Positions 27,845 to 37,835 of a stretch of DNA of 64,000 bases are shown here, piece by piece. Made by a program: the position numbers and the translations under genes. The notes under the pieces are model-generated. The model was given only the letters and a program-made list of their open reading frames with translations. It was not told where the DNA came from and searched no databases. Source of the DNA: Gammaproteobacteria bacterium (GTDB taxonomy: Bacteria > Pseudomonadota > Gammaproteobacteria > Pseudomonadales > Porticoccaceae); assembly GCA_038106145.1 (NCBI GenBank), contig JAYODD010000006.1:30621-94620 (forward strand), read 5' to 3'. Numbering within the stretch: position 1 is the stretch's first letter; each line of letters begins with the position of its first letter.

Positions 27845-29245
27845 CTAGCGTTTGCGGAACATTCCGGGAGGCGGTGCCCCCCCGCCCATGGGCTGACCGC
27901 TCCCCGCCGCCATCCCTTCGAGACCACGCAGCATATTGGCCATTCCCTTGCCCTTCATTTTTTTCATCATTTTGGACATCTGTTTGTGTTGTTTGAGCAG
28001 CCGATTAAGATCCTGGATCGACGACCCGGACCCCAGAGTAATACGCCTTTTACGGGATCCATTCAGGATATCCGGGTTGCGTTTTTCCGCCTTTGTCATG
28101 GAATCGATAATCACCGTCATGCGTTTAAACTGTTGCGCAACATGGGATTGCTCCGCCATTTGCGCCATCTGCCCCATGCCCGGCAACTTGTCCAGCAAGC
28201 CGCTCATACCCCCCAGATTCTGCATCTGCTGTAACTGATCTCGCAGATCCTCCAGATCAAACTTTTTGCCTTTCTGGACCTTTTGGGCGAGTTTTGCCGC
28301 CTTTTTCTGATCTACCTTGCGCTCGACATCCTCAATCAGGGAGAGCACATCGCCCATACCCAGAATACGCGATGCGATACGCTCCGGGTGAAATGGCTCA
28401 AGGGCGTCGGTTTTTTCGCCGACGCCGATAAACTTGATCGGTTTACCCGTGACCTCGCGCACGGACAAGGCCGCGCCACCACGGGCATCGCCGTCCACCT
28501 TGGTGAGAATGATGCCAGTCAGGGGCAGCACGTCGTTGAAGGCCCTGGCCGTGTGCACCGCATCCTGGCCAATCATCGCGTCCACCACAAACAGGGTCTC
28601 CACCGGGCACAGCGCGCCGTGCAGCAGGCGAATTTCTTCCATCAGCGCACTGTCGATATGCAACCGCCCGGCGGTATCGACGATCAACACATCACAAAAC
28701 TGGCGGCGCGCCGCGGCAACCGCGCCCTCGACAATCGTCAGCGGCGCCTGCTCGGTGGTACTCGGGAAAAACTCAACACCAACTTCCGCGGCGAGGGTTT
28801 GCAATTGAGTGATCGCCGCGGGCCGGTAGATATCGGCGCTCACCACCATGACTTTTTTCTTTTCACGCTCGCGCAAAAACCGCGCCATTTTGGCGACCGA
28901 GGTGGTTTTTCCCGCACCCTGTAAACCTGCCACCATAATGACAGCGGGTGGTGTGGCGGCGAGGTTGAGCGCCTCGTTCCTGACCCCCATCATCAGTTCT
29001 AGCTGATGCTGTACGATTTTCAGTAACTGCTGACCGGGCTCCAGGCTCGCGCTAACTTCCTGACCAACGGCGCGTTCCCGTACCTGTTCAATAAAATTCT
29101 TGACCACCGGCAGAGCCACATCCGCTTCCAGCAGCGTCAGGCGCACTTCCCGCAGAGTGTCCTGAATATTCTCGTCGGTCAGCCGACTTTTGCCGGCCAC
29201 CTTGCGCAAAGCGGATGTAAAACGGTCGCTAAGGTTTTCAAACAT
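27845..29245 (-). CDS. ffh: signal recognition particle protein Ffh
   Basis: MFENLSDRFTSALRKV.., GTPase motifs (GLQGAGKTT, DTAGR, TKVDGD) and a Met-rich M domain. An alternative start (MAMFENL) lies at 29251. The longest ORF extends to 29335. Confidence 0.95.
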   Translation of the reverse strand: MFENLSDRFTSALRKVAGKSRLTDENIQDTLREVRLTLLEADVALPVVKNFIEQVRERAVGQEVSASLEPGQQLLKIVQHQLELMMGVRNEALNLAATPPAVIMVAGLQGAGKTTSVAKMARFLREREKKKVMVVSADIYRPAAITQLQTLAAEVGVEFFPSTTEQAPLTIVEGAVAAARRQFCDVLIVDTAGRLHIDSALMEEIRLLHGALCPVETLFVVDAMIGQDAVHTARAFNDVLPLTGIILTKVDGDARGGAALSVREVTGKPIKFIGVGEKTDALEPFHPERIASRILGMGDVLSLIEDVERKVDQKKAAKLAQKVQKGKKFDLEDLRDQLQQMQNLGGMSGLLDKLPGMGQMAQMAEQSHVAQQFKRMTVIIDSMTKAEKRNPDILNGSRKRRITLGSGSSIQDLNRLLKQHKQMSKMMKKMKGKGMANMLRGLEGMAAGSGQPMGGGAPPPGMFRKR

Positions 29246-29382
29246 CGCCATGACTTTATCGTTTCCAATCGGCAAAAACAGGGGTTGACGAGTATACCCG
29301 ATCCCCAACCGCGGCGGGACTCTTTGCGCCACCAATAATCTGTGACAAACTCACCGCACACTCATGTAATTACGTCCCCGGC

Positions 29383-30189
29383 ATGCTTGTTATTACCTTC
29401 GGAATAATTGCCATCGCCCTGTATCTCATCGCCTTCGTGCTACGGGTTTTACAGCTGCGTGGGCGGCCCGGAGCCGCGTCCACGACCATCTCCGCAATCG
29501 GCCTGGTGGCACTGATGGCCCACGCCATCGTCAGCGTCCAGCAGACCTTTAACCAGGGCGCCGTGGATTTCAGTCTCCTGCCGGTTTCGGTGGCGCTTTT
29601 CTGGGTTATCAACGTCATAGTGGTGGTCAGCAGCTTCAGAAAACCGCTGCACAACCTGTTTTTGTTGTTGTTTCCGGCCACTGCTCTAATGCTTACATTA
29701 TCCCTGGGCATTGACGATGGAGATCATTTTGTGACACTCCCCTCCCTCGCGCTGAGTATCCACATTTTACTATCGTTACTCGCCTATAGCCTGATGACCA
29801 TCGGGGCACTTCAGGCGCTGTTGCTGGCTTACCAGAATCGTCAACTGCACCAGCATCGCCCCACTGGTGCAGTGCTGGCCCTGCCGCCCCTGCAAACCAT
29901 GGAAACCCTGTTATTCGAGGTTATTGCGACAGGATTCGCACTACTCACGCTGGCGCTGGCCACAGGGTTTGTGTTCGTTGATAACTTTGTGGCCCAGCAT
30001 GTGGCCCACAAGACGGTTTTTTCCCTGCTTGCATGGCTGCTGTACGGCACCTTACTGGTCGGACACTATCGCCTGGGCTGGCGTGGCAAGGTCGCTATCG
30101 CTTGGACATTGGGGGCATTCTCGGCGTTGATGCTCGCTTATTGGGGCACCAAGTTCGTGCTCGAGGTCATCCTTGCACGCGGCCCGTGA
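29383..30189 (+). CDS. cytochrome c assembly family inner-membrane protein (YpjD-like)
   Basis: 268 aa, polytopic. It is divergent from ffh and followed by a CorC-family gene, as in the E. coli ffh/ypjD/yfjD locus. Confidence 0.8.
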   Translation: MLVITFGIIAIALYLIAFVLRVLQLRGRPGAASTTISAIGLVALMAHAIVSVQQTFNQGAVDFSLLPVSVALFWVINVIVVVSSFRKPLHNLFLLLFPATALMLTLSLGIDDGDHFVTLPSLALSIHILLSLLAYSLMTIGALQALLLAYQNRQLHQHRPTGAVLALPPLQTMETLLFEVIATGFALLTLALATGFVFVDNFVAQHVAHKTVFSLLAWLLYGTLLVGHYRLGWRGKVAIAWTLGAFSALMLAYWGTKFVLEVILARGP

Positions 30190-30254
30190 CAGTTGCCTTG
30201 CGCCACAAACTCCTTCACCATTGACACCCCCAATAATACAAGGCTCCTCGCCCG

Positions 30255-31541
30255 TTGAACGACGCTCCCTTATTGCACCTGTTCGCCATGCTGGCTGGGC
30301 TGTTGGCCATTTCCGCATTCTTTTCCGGCTCGGAAACCGGCATGATGTCGCTCAACCGGTATCGACTGAAACACCTTGCCAAAAAACATAGTGGTGCGCG
30401 AAGGGCGCAGCGCCTGCTCGAACGCCCCGACCGGCTGCTCGGCCTGATTCTAATTGGCAACAACGCAGTCAATATTCTGGCGGCAATTATCGCGGGGATT
30501 ATCGGCACGCGCCTGTTGGGGCCGGAAGCGGGTATCGCCGCGGCTACCGCCACGCTGACGATAGCGATGCTGGTGTTTTCCGAGGTCACCCCAAAAACCA
30601 TTGCCGCGTTGCAGCCGGAAACCATCGCGTTTGCAGCCAGCCACGTGCTCAGGCCACTACTTAGAGTTTTTTATCCCGCGGTGTGGCTGGTCAATCACGT
30701 ATCTAACGCCCTGGTGCGCCTATTGGGCTTTAATCCCGAACAGCGGGACGGCGACAGTCTTAGCAAAGAGGAATTACGCACGGTCGTGGATGAATCCTCC
30801 GACGAGCATATCTCCATTCATCACCAGGGGATGCTGATCAACATTCTCGATCTGGAGAAAATCAGCGTAAACGATATTATGGTGCCGCGCAGCGAGATAT
30901 TTGGCCTCGATCTGGAGAACGATATCGATACTCTGGTAGACCAAATCATCGACTCCGCCTACACCCGGGTACCGGTCTACGAAGGCGACATCAATAATAT
31001 CGTCGGCTTTTTACATATGCGCCGGGTCAATCGCATTTTGCGTGGCGGCGCCGACAAGCTAACCAAGGAAGCCATCAAACGCTTTACCCGCGAACCTTAC
31101 TTCGTACCTGAGAACACGCCGCTCAATACGCAATTAATCAATTTTCGCAAAAACAAGCGCCGCGTCGCCCTGGTGGTGGATGAATATGGAGAAGTGCAGG
31201 GGCTGGTCACCATCGAGGATATTCTCGAGGAAATCGTTGGCGACTTCACCACCAACCTGGCGGAGAAAGAAGAAGACATCCTCCCCCAGCCGGATGGTAG
31301 CTATCTGATCGACGGTTCCGCCTCAATCCGCGAGATTAACAAAGTCACCGGGTGGGATTTACCCCAGAGCGGGCCGAAAACACTGAACGGACTGGTGCTC
31401 GAACAACTGGAGAGTATTCCCGATGGCAACGTCTGTTTTGTTCTCAATCATTGTCGCTTTGAAACGCTGGATTTGTCGGACAAAATGGTGGCCAAAGTGC
31501 TGGCGTGGAAAACGGGTTCGCCGAGCGTTGACAGCGACTAA
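30255..31541 (+). CDS. HlyC/CorC family transporter (CNNM TM domain, CBS pair, CorC_HlyC)
   Basis: 428 aa with a TTG start. ..SAFFSGSETGMMSLNRYRLKHL.. The CBS region is followed by ..VDEYGEVQGLVTIEDILEEIVG... Confidence 0.88.
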   Translation: MNDAPLLHLFAMLAGLLAISAFFSGSETGMMSLNRYRLKHLAKKHSGARRAQRLLERPDRLLGLILIGNNAVNILAAIIAGIIGTRLLGPEAGIAAATATLTIAMLVFSEVTPKTIAALQPETIAFAASHVLRPLLRVFYPAVWLVNHVSNALVRLLGFNPEQRDGDSLSKEELRTVVDESSDEHISIHHQGMLINILDLEKISVNDIMVPRSEIFGLDLENDIDTLVDQIIDSAYTRVPVYEGDINNIVGFLHMRRVNRILRGGADKLTKEAIKRFTREPYFVPENTPLNTQLINFRKNKRRVALVVDEYGEVQGLVTIEDILEEIVGDFTTNLAEKEEDILPQPDGSYLIDGSASIREINKVTGWDLPQSGPKTLNGLVLEQLESIPDGNVCFVLNHCRFETLDLSDKMVAKVLAWKTGSPSVDSD

Positions 31542-31567
31542 AGCGGCGAGCAGCGGCAAGCGCCCAC

Positions 31568-31765
31568 CTACATAAACGGATTGTGTTCCCGACGTCGCGC
31601 CACCGCCCGCGTCAACACTTCGCGCCGTTCATCATTATCCAGCAGTAACCACTCGCGAATTTCCTGCGCTGAACGATAGCACCCCTGGCAGATATCGTCG
31701 TGATCGAGCAGGCAAATCGACACGCAGGGCGATGCCACCGGTTTTTCATCGCGATTACTTGCCAT
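31568..31765 (-). CDS. DUF1289 domain protein (small Cys-rich, Fe-S-like)
   Basis: 65 aa. SPCVSICLLDHDDICQGCYRSAQEIREW. Confidence 0.75.
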   Translation of the reverse strand: MASNRDEKPVASPCVSICLLDHDDICQGCYRSAQEIREWLLLDNDERREVLTRAVARRREHNPFM

Positions 31766-32288
31766 CCGCTGTCACCAACATCAAGTCCGTCAAAAATGTA
31801 CCCGCTTTTTCCTGATAGACCTGCGCGGAATGGCGCAATCCCGCCATGGCGTCGTCATTGAGTTGTCGCACCACCTTGGCCGGAGTGCCCAGTACCAGGG
31901 AATAATCGGGAATCTGCATGCCTTCGGGTACCAGCGCATTGGCACCGATAAGGCAATATCGCCCCACCCGCGCACCGTTAAGAACAACCGCGTTAATGCC
32001 GACCAGGGAATACTCGCCTATGGTGCAACCGTGCACTACGGCGCTGTGGCCAATCGTAACGTTTTCCCCAACCACTACCTGAATGCCCGGATCGGTGTGA
32101 ATGACCGCGTTATCCTGTACATTGCTGCCAGCGCCAATATGAATTGTGTCGGTATCGCCGCGAATCACCGCGTTGAACCACACGCTTGCCCGCTCCCCCA
32201 GGATAACTGAACCGATGACATCGGCGCTGTCGGCAACAAACACCTGCTTGCCGATACTGGGGATGCGTTCCTGATAGCGATAGATCAT
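31755..32288 (-). CDS. gamma carbonic anhydrase family / hexapeptide-repeat protein (YrdA-like)
   Basis: 177 aa with left-handed beta-helix repeats. ..ASVWFNAVIRGDTDTIHIGAGSNVQDNAVIH... Confidence 0.88.
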   Translation of the reverse strand: MIYRYQERIPSIGKQVFVADSADVIGSVILGERASVWFNAVIRGDTDTIHIGAGSNVQDNAVIHTDPGIQVVVGENVTIGHSAVVHGCTIGEYSLVGINAVVLNGARVGRYCLIGANALVPEGMQIPDYSLVLGTPAKVVRQLNDDAMAGLRHSAQVYQEKAGTFLTDLMLVTADGK

Positions 32289-32326
32289 TTCACCAGCTCC
32301 TGCATTGCTTGACCCTTAATACTGTC

Positions 32327-32600
32327 TTAGTTGAGTTCCAGCCCGGCCTTCAGATCCTGATCAAGATATTTCACCAGCACAGTGTACAACTGGTGCGGAT
32401 CGCCGGGCTGCCCCACACCGCCGGGAAATCCCACTTCTCCACTGTGCTTGGCTAAATGCCCGGCGCGTTTAATAAACACCACCCGCGGATCAGCTGCGCA
32501 GGTAAAATGCCTCCGGCACAGCCGCCTCGCGGGTAACACCCGACGGCGGCACCGGTTCGAGCGGCGTTTGTTGCACGTGCTCCGTGATTTTTTTAACCAG
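32327..32600 (-). pseudogene. decayed Nudix (CoA pyrophosphatase, NudL-type) gene remnant: frameshifted and 3'-truncated
   Basis: One frame gives ..TREAAVPEAFYLRS*. The adjacent frame gives ..DPRVVFIKRAGHLAKHSGEVGFPGGVGQPGD..*. RAGHLAKHSGEVGFPGG matches E. coli NudL RSIHLRKHAGQVAFPGG at 11 of 17 positions, quoted from memory. The REUxEE part of the Nudix box and the C-terminal half are missing. Only 38 nt separate its stop from the next gene. Confidence 0.4.
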
Positions 32601-32702
32601 TGTCAAACTTTCGTTCCCGTACGGCGATATACTGTATATAACTTGGTTCTCTGGCGCGACTGGCACAGTCCCCGGAGCGTATACAAACCCGCGCGGCCAA
32701 TT

Positions 32703-33254
32703 ATGAAATTTTGCAGTCTGTGTGCTAATCCTATCACCTTGCGCATTCCCGAGGGGGATGATCGCGAACGCCATATTTGCGATGCCTGCGATACGATACA
32801 CTACCAGAATCCCCGCATCATCGCCGGTTGTGTGCCGGTCCACGACCATCGGGTATTACTGTGCCGGCGCGCCATAGAGCCGCGCCACGGTTGCTGGACG
32901 CTACCGGCTGGTTTTATGGAAAATGGGGAGACCACCATTGAGGGTGCCCTGCGCGAATGCATCGAAGAAGCTAACGCCGAGATCGTCGCCCCGCAGCTGT
33001 ATACCATGATCGACATTCCACAAATCAACCAGGTCTACGTTTTCTTTCGTGGCGAATTGCGCGATCTGACATTTTCGCCAGGGCTGGAATCTCTTGAAGT
33101 AGCGTTGTTTGCCGAGGCTGACATCCCTTGGGAAAACATCGCCTTCCCTTCGGTGAAATCCACCCTCGAATATTTTTTTAGCGATCTCAAAACCGGTCGG
33201 TTCCCGGTGCGGACAGAGACTATTCGACGACGCCAGCGCCCGCAACCAGCCTGA
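32703..33254 (+). CDS. NUDIX hydrolase with an N-terminal zinc-ribbon
   Basis: The ORF is trimmed to the ATG at 32703: MKFCSLCANPITLRIPEGDDRERHICDACDTIHYQNP... The Nudix box is GFMENGETTIEGALRECIEEANA. Confidence 0.88.
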   Translation: MKFCSLCANPITLRIPEGDDRERHICDACDTIHYQNPRIIAGCVPVHDHRVLLCRRAIEPRHGCWTLPAGFMENGETTIEGALRECIEEANAEIVAPQLYTMIDIPQINQVYVFFRGELRDLTFSPGLESLEVALFAEADIPWENIAFPSVKSTLEYFFSDLKTGRFPVRTETIRRRQRPQPA

Positions 33255-33275
33255 ACCGTGCGGACTGGCAACCTG

Positions 33276-34037
33276 TCAGCGCAGCCAGATCAGGCTTGCC
33301 GTGCGCCCGGTGACGCCGTCGCGCCGATAGGAATAGAAGTGTTGCGCATTCGCGTAACTACAGAGATCGCCACCGTATACCTGCCGTACTCCAAGCGACG
33401 CCAGATGCACCCGCGCCAGTTGCACCAGGTTTCCGTGTAATCGATCGGAGTTGGCGGCTGCGGTAAAACAGTTGGTTACCGCGTCTGTATCCAGGCAACC
33501 CCAACTCGACGTGACAAATTGCGCCAGCACTTCCGGCCCCACCTCAAAGTGTGGCTGACTAATCGCGGGACCCAGAAATGCCAGTATGTTTTGCGGCGCC
33601 ACAGCCATCGCGCGCACCGTGTTATGCAACACCCCCGCCGCCAGTCCACGCCAACCGGCATGGGCCGCGGCGACCACCGTTGCAGCGCGATCACAAAATA
33701 ACACTGGCAAACAGTCGGCGGTTAAAATCCCACAGGCCATGCCCGACTCGCGGCTGTAACAGCCGTCCGCTTCCGGCGCGCCTGGCTGTACCCCACTACA
33801 GATCACATCCACGCCATGCACCTGGCGCAACCACTGGGGGGCGCGAGGTAATTCCAGCGTTTGACGCAGGCGTTCACGATTGATGGCGACACTGCGGGGA
33901 TTGTCCCCCACGTGATCGCCGAGATTAAACGATTGCCAGGGCCCCACACTAACACCGCCGGTACGCAGGCTAATGGCCACACCGACGCCCTGTGGCAATG
34001 GCCAGTCGACGGGAAGCAGGACATCGCTAAGAGACAC
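33276..34037 (-). CDS. pgeF: peptidoglycan editing factor PgeF (YfiH/DUF152 family)
   Basis: 253 aa. ..LTADCLPVLF..AAHAGWRG... It lies downstream of rluD and overlaps it, as in E. coli. Confidence 0.9.
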   Translation of the reverse strand: MSLSDVLLPVDWPLPQGVGVAISLRTGGVSVGPWQSFNLGDHVGDNPRSVAINRERLRQTLELPRAPQWLRQVHGVDVICSGVQPGAPEADGCYSRESGMACGILTADCLPVLFCDRAATVVAAAHAGWRGLAAGVLHNTVRAMAVAPQNILAFLGPAISQPHFEVGPEVLAQFVTSSWGCLDTDAVTNCFTAAANSDRLHGNLVQLARVHLASLGVRQVYGGDLCSYANAQHFYSYRRDGVTGRTASLIWLR

Positions 34038-34992
34038 TGTCGCTCTGCTCCAGAACGTCCAGCAGTAGTTGCATATCCGGCGGTAACGGCGTGGACCAGG
34101 ACATCGTTTGCCCCGTGGCGGGATGTTCCAGGGTTAACTCCACGGCGTGCAGCGCCTGGCGTTTGAAATCGCGTAGCGTGGCTATTAACTCCTCGGTTGC
34201 ACCCCTGGGGACACGCATCCGCCCGCCATAGACGGCATCCCCCACGATCGGATAGCCGATGTGCGCCAGGTGCACGCGAATTTGGTGGGTGCGCCCGGTT
34301 TCGAGCTTAAGTCGCACCAGGGTGTAATGATTGAAGCGGCGCTCGACCCGGTAATGGGTGACCGCTTTGCGTCCACCCTGTGGCACCACTGCCATTTTCA
34401 CGCGGGCTTGGGGGTGACGACCGATCGGGGCGCTAACTTCGCCCCCACCCGTCATTACGCCCCATACCACCGCCGCGTAATGTCGCCCCAGCGTACGCTC
34501 CTGCAACTGACGCACCAGACTGTGATGGGCCTGCAGGGTCTTGGCCACCACCAACAGCCCGGTCGTATCCTTGTCGAGGCGATGCACAATACCCGCCCTG
34601 GGCAGCGTCGCCAGGTGCGGACAGCGATGCAGCAACGCATTGAGTAACGTACCGGAGGTGTTACCTGCCGCCGGATGCACCACCAGATCCGCCGGTTTGT
34701 TCAACACCAGAATATCCGTATCCTCGTAGACGACGGTCAGAGGAATGGGTTGCGCTGCCCACTCCCCCTCGACACTCAACGTCGCGTCCACACTGAGGGT
34801 TTCACCACCGAGCAATTTTTGTTTCGCGACACATGGCTGATCATTAACCCGCAGCATCCCCTCGCGAATCCACGTCTGCAGCCGCGAGCGCGAAAAATCC
34901 GAAAATAGCGATGCCGCGACCTGATCGACCCGTTGGCCCACCAGGGTACGCGGTACCTGCGCCGTCAGTTTGATTGCCTTGATTGACGACAT
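34027..34992 (-). CDS. rluD: 23S rRNA pseudouridine(1911/1915/1917) synthase RluD
   Basis: The ATG at 34992 gives MSSIKAIKLTAQVP... It has an S4 domain and the catalytic motif HRLDKDTTGLLVVAK. It is divergent from bamD. Confidence 0.93.
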   Translation of the reverse strand: MSSIKAIKLTAQVPRTLVGQRVDQVAASLFSDFSRSRLQTWIREGMLRVNDQPCVAKQKLLGGETLSVDATLSVEGEWAAQPIPLTVVYEDTDILVLNKPADLVVHPAAGNTSGTLLNALLHRCPHLATLPRAGIVHRLDKDTTGLLVVAKTLQAHHSLVRQLQERTLGRHYAAVVWGVMTGGGEVSAPIGRHPQARVKMAVVPQGGRKAVTHYRVERRFNHYTLVRLKLETGRTHQIRVHLAHIGYPIVGDAVYGGRMRVPRGATEELIATLRDFKRQALHAVELTLEHPATGQTMSWSTPLPPDMQLLLDVLEQSDSVS

Positions 34993-35087
34993 GCGGTGTT
35001 TTTCTTCCCCCTGAGCTGTGGTTAAATAGCGATTCTTGCAGGGCGCCGCCTCGCACACAATACCTATTGAGACAGAGCCTTATTCCT

Positions 35088-36098
35088 ATGCGCTTCATTA
35101 TCCTCCTGCTGACCTCGATACTGCTCCTGTCCGGCTGTTCCTGGCTGGGGAACGGCGATGACGAAAAAAAGAAATCCGCCACTGAAGGTTTCACCGAAAA
35201 AGATTTTTATGATTCGATTCAACGCAATCTCAATAGCCAGAACTGGACCTTCGCCATTGAAAACCTGCAAACGCTGGAAGCGCAGTTTCCATTTGGCAAC
35301 TACGCGGAACAGGCTCAGCTCGAATTGATTTACGCCTACCATAAAAGCGCCGATTACGAGGCCGCCATTGCCGCCGCGGATCGCTTTATTCGCCTGCACC
35401 CCCGCCACCCAAATGTCGACTACGCTTACTACATCAAAGGTCTTTCTGCGTTTGTGCAAACCCGGGGCTTTTTCGACCAGTACCTGCCGATCGACGAAAC
35501 CAAGCGAGATCCCGGTGGCGCCAGGGACGCATTTGCCACCTTTAACGAACTGATCACCCGTTACCCGGAAAGCGCCTACGCCGCGGATGCGCGGCAACGC
35601 ATGGTGCATTTGCGCAACCTGCTCGCGCGCCAGGAAATCCACGTGGCCAACTATTACTTTAAACGGGGCTCCTATCTCGCGGCCGTCAATCGCGGCCGGT
35701 TCGTCGTGGAAAATTTCCAACTTACCCCGTCCGTGCCGGATGGACTGGCGGTGATGGCACAAGGCTACCATTTACTGCAAATGCAGGATCTGGCTGACGA
35801 TGCCGCGCGCGTGCTGGCGGCCAACTATTCGGATCACCCATCGTTGGACAAAAATGGGGCTTTCCTCTACCAAAAAAGAATGAGTGCGGACAATCAATCC
35901 TGGCTTAAACGCCTCTCCCTGGGCTATTACGTTCCCGAAAAAGCGCCGGAGTTTGACAGTCGCCCGGTTTATAACCCGACGCCAAACTCTCCACCACCCG
36001 ACGCACAGGCGCCTGGCGATGCGGACTCCGCCGCCAACCCGGAGGCAGCACCGAAAACATCCTGGTGGCACTGGCTAACCTTCGGCATATTCAAATAG
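35088..36098 (+). CDS. bamD: outer membrane protein assembly factor BamD
   Basis: The ATG at 35088 gives a lipoprotein signal (MRFIILLLTSILLLSG|C). It has TPR-like repeats (..FPFGNYAEQAQLELIYAYHK..) and a Pro-rich C-terminal extension. Confidence 0.9.
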   Translation: MRFIILLLTSILLLSGCSWLGNGDDEKKKSATEGFTEKDFYDSIQRNLNSQNWTFAIENLQTLEAQFPFGNYAEQAQLELIYAYHKSADYEAAIAAADRFIRLHPRHPNVDYAYYIKGLSAFVQTRGFFDQYLPIDETKRDPGGARDAFATFNELITRYPESAYAADARQRMVHLRNLLARQEIHVANYYFKRGSYLAAVNRGRFVVENFQLTPSVPDGLAVMAQGYHLLQMQDLADDAARVLAANYSDHPSLDKNGAFLYQKRMSADNQSWLKRLSLGYYVPEKAPEFDSRPVYNPTPNSPPPDAQAPGDADSAANPEAAPKTSWWHWLTFGIFK

Positions 36099-36123
36099 AT
36101 CTGGTTACGCTGGACTGATGGGG

Positions 36124-37764
36124 CTAGTCCCCCGCCCGCCAGCCATTGGTAATGGGATAGCGCCGGTCGCGACCAAATCCGCGCCTTGTAATACGCAAAC
36201 CCACCGGCGCCTGGCGGCGTTTGTATTCGTTGATGTCAACCAGGCGCACCACCCGCAGCACATCTTCCCGATCAAACCCCTGCGCGACGATGTCATTGGC
36301 GCTGATGTCCTGCTCCACGTATAGCTGGAGAATGCGATCAAGTATTGCATAGGGCGGCAGGGAATCTTCGTCTTTCTGGTCCGGGGCCAGCTCCGCCGAC
36401 GGCGGTCGCTCAATAACGGACTCCGGAATCACCGGCGCGATGGTATTGCGATAACGAGCCAGCTCAAAGACCAGGGTTTTGGGCACGTCCTTCAGTACAT
36501 CCAACCCACCCGCCATATCCCCGTAGAGGGTTGCGTAACCGACCGCCATCTCGCTCTTGTTGCCGGTGGTCAACACCAGGTATCCCTTTTTGTTGGAGAT
36601 GGCCATCAATAACACGCCGCGCGCACGCGCCTGAATATTTTCTTCCGTTTTATCCGCCGGGAGACCCGTAAACTCTTCTGCCAATGCCTCCACAAATGCT
36701 GTGTAAATGGCTTCGATACCAATACTCTGGTAGCGCACACCCAGCGTGGCCGCTTCTTGCCGCGCATCATTCTTGCTCAAATCCGAAGTGTAGTGAAAAG
36801 GCATCATGATCGCCTCCACCCGCTCGGCGCCCAGGGCATCCACGGCAATCGCCAGCACCAGTGCGGAATCGATGCCACCCGACAGCCCCAACAGCACCCC
36901 CTTGAAGCCATTTTTTTCAACGTAATCCCTGACACCCGTCACCAGTGCGCCATAGATAGATTCCAACAGCGGCAGTGGTGCGACCACGGTCTGGGTCGGA
37001 ACGTTCACGGTGCTATCTTGGGTCGCCACCAACTGCACCGGGTAAAGATCGTCGGTAAACATCGGCGCCTGAAATTGAATCGTCCCCGCCGCATCGACAA
37101 CCATCGACCCGCCATCGAACACCAGTTCATCCTGCCCGCCTACCTGATTAACGTAGACTACTGGCATCGCCCCTTCCCGCGCCCGCTGCGCAATCAGGGC
37201 GCGCCGCTCCGCTGGCTTGTCGCAATGGAAGGGTGAGGCGTTGATGTTGAGCATCAAACGGGCGCCCCGCGCCCGCGCCCGCGCTATGGGTTCGGGAAAC
37301 CAGATATCCTCACATACCGTAATCGCGGTAGGCACACCGCAAATGTCGACCACACAGATCTCGGAGCCCGGTTCGAAATAACGTTTTTCATCGAATACCA
37401 GATAGTTGGGAAGCATATTTTTCGCGTATTCGGCAACCAGTTGACCGCCGCTGATCACGCCAGCCATGTTGTACAATTTCGCGCCGACTCGACGCGGGTA
37501 GCCGAGTACGACGGTTATGTCCTGACAGGCCGCACCCACCGCATCGAGCGCGCGCTCGATGCGGCCCTGCAAACTTGGCCGAAACAAAAGATCTTCGGGA
37601 GGATATCCCGTCAGTACCAGTTCGGGAAATACAACAATACCTGCTTTGAGTTGTTGTCGCGCGCGCTGTACCGCGGATATCACCAGACGCGCATTGCCCG
37701 GGATATCGCCCACCAGGGGATTGACTTGCGCCAGTGCAACGATCAGCTGAGCCATAGCCAACAC
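36124..37764 (-). CDS. nadE: glutamine-dependent NAD+ synthetase
   Basis: 546 aa with an N-terminal nitrilase/CN-hydrolase domain (..TVCEDIWFPE..) and a C-terminal synthetase domain (GLSGGIDSAL). Confidence 0.93.
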   Translation of the reverse strand: MLAMAQLIVALAQVNPLVGDIPGNARLVISAVQRARQQLKAGIVVFPELVLTGYPPEDLLFRPSLQGRIERALDAVGAACQDITVVLGYPRRVGAKLYNMAGVISGGQLVAEYAKNMLPNYLVFDEKRYFEPGSEICVVDICGVPTAITVCEDIWFPEPIARARARGARLMLNINASPFHCDKPAERRALIAQRAREGAMPVVYVNQVGGQDELVFDGGSMVVDAAGTIQFQAPMFTDDLYPVQLVATQDSTVNVPTQTVVAPLPLLESIYGALVTGVRDYVEKNGFKGVLLGLSGGIDSALVLAIAVDALGAERVEAIMMPFHYTSDLSKNDARQEAATLGVRYQSIGIEAIYTAFVEALAEEFTGLPADKTEENIQARARGVLLMAISNKKGYLVLTTGNKSEMAVGYATLYGDMAGGLDVLKDVPKTLVFELARYRNTIAPVIPESVIERPPSAELAPDQKDEDSLPPYAILDRILQLYVEQDISANDIVAQGFDREDVLRVVRLVDINEYKRRQAPVGLRITRRGFGRDRRYPITNGWRAGD

Positions 37765-37835
37765 ATTTAGCCGTTATAAGGGCGCGTATTTTCGGCTAAA
37801 ATCAGCGCAATAGCAAAAAAACGGATTGCCAATCT

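Noticed and set aside
32327-32539. 70-aa ORF as an intact small gene
   Set aside because: It starts at a GTG with no SD, and the in-frame upstream sequence is Arg-rich nonsense. It carries only the first half of a Nudix signature. I interpret it as a pseudogene remnant (see findings).
35064-35771. 235-aa minus-strand ORF
   Set aside because: It is antisense to bamD, which has a lipoprotein signal and TPR-like repeats.
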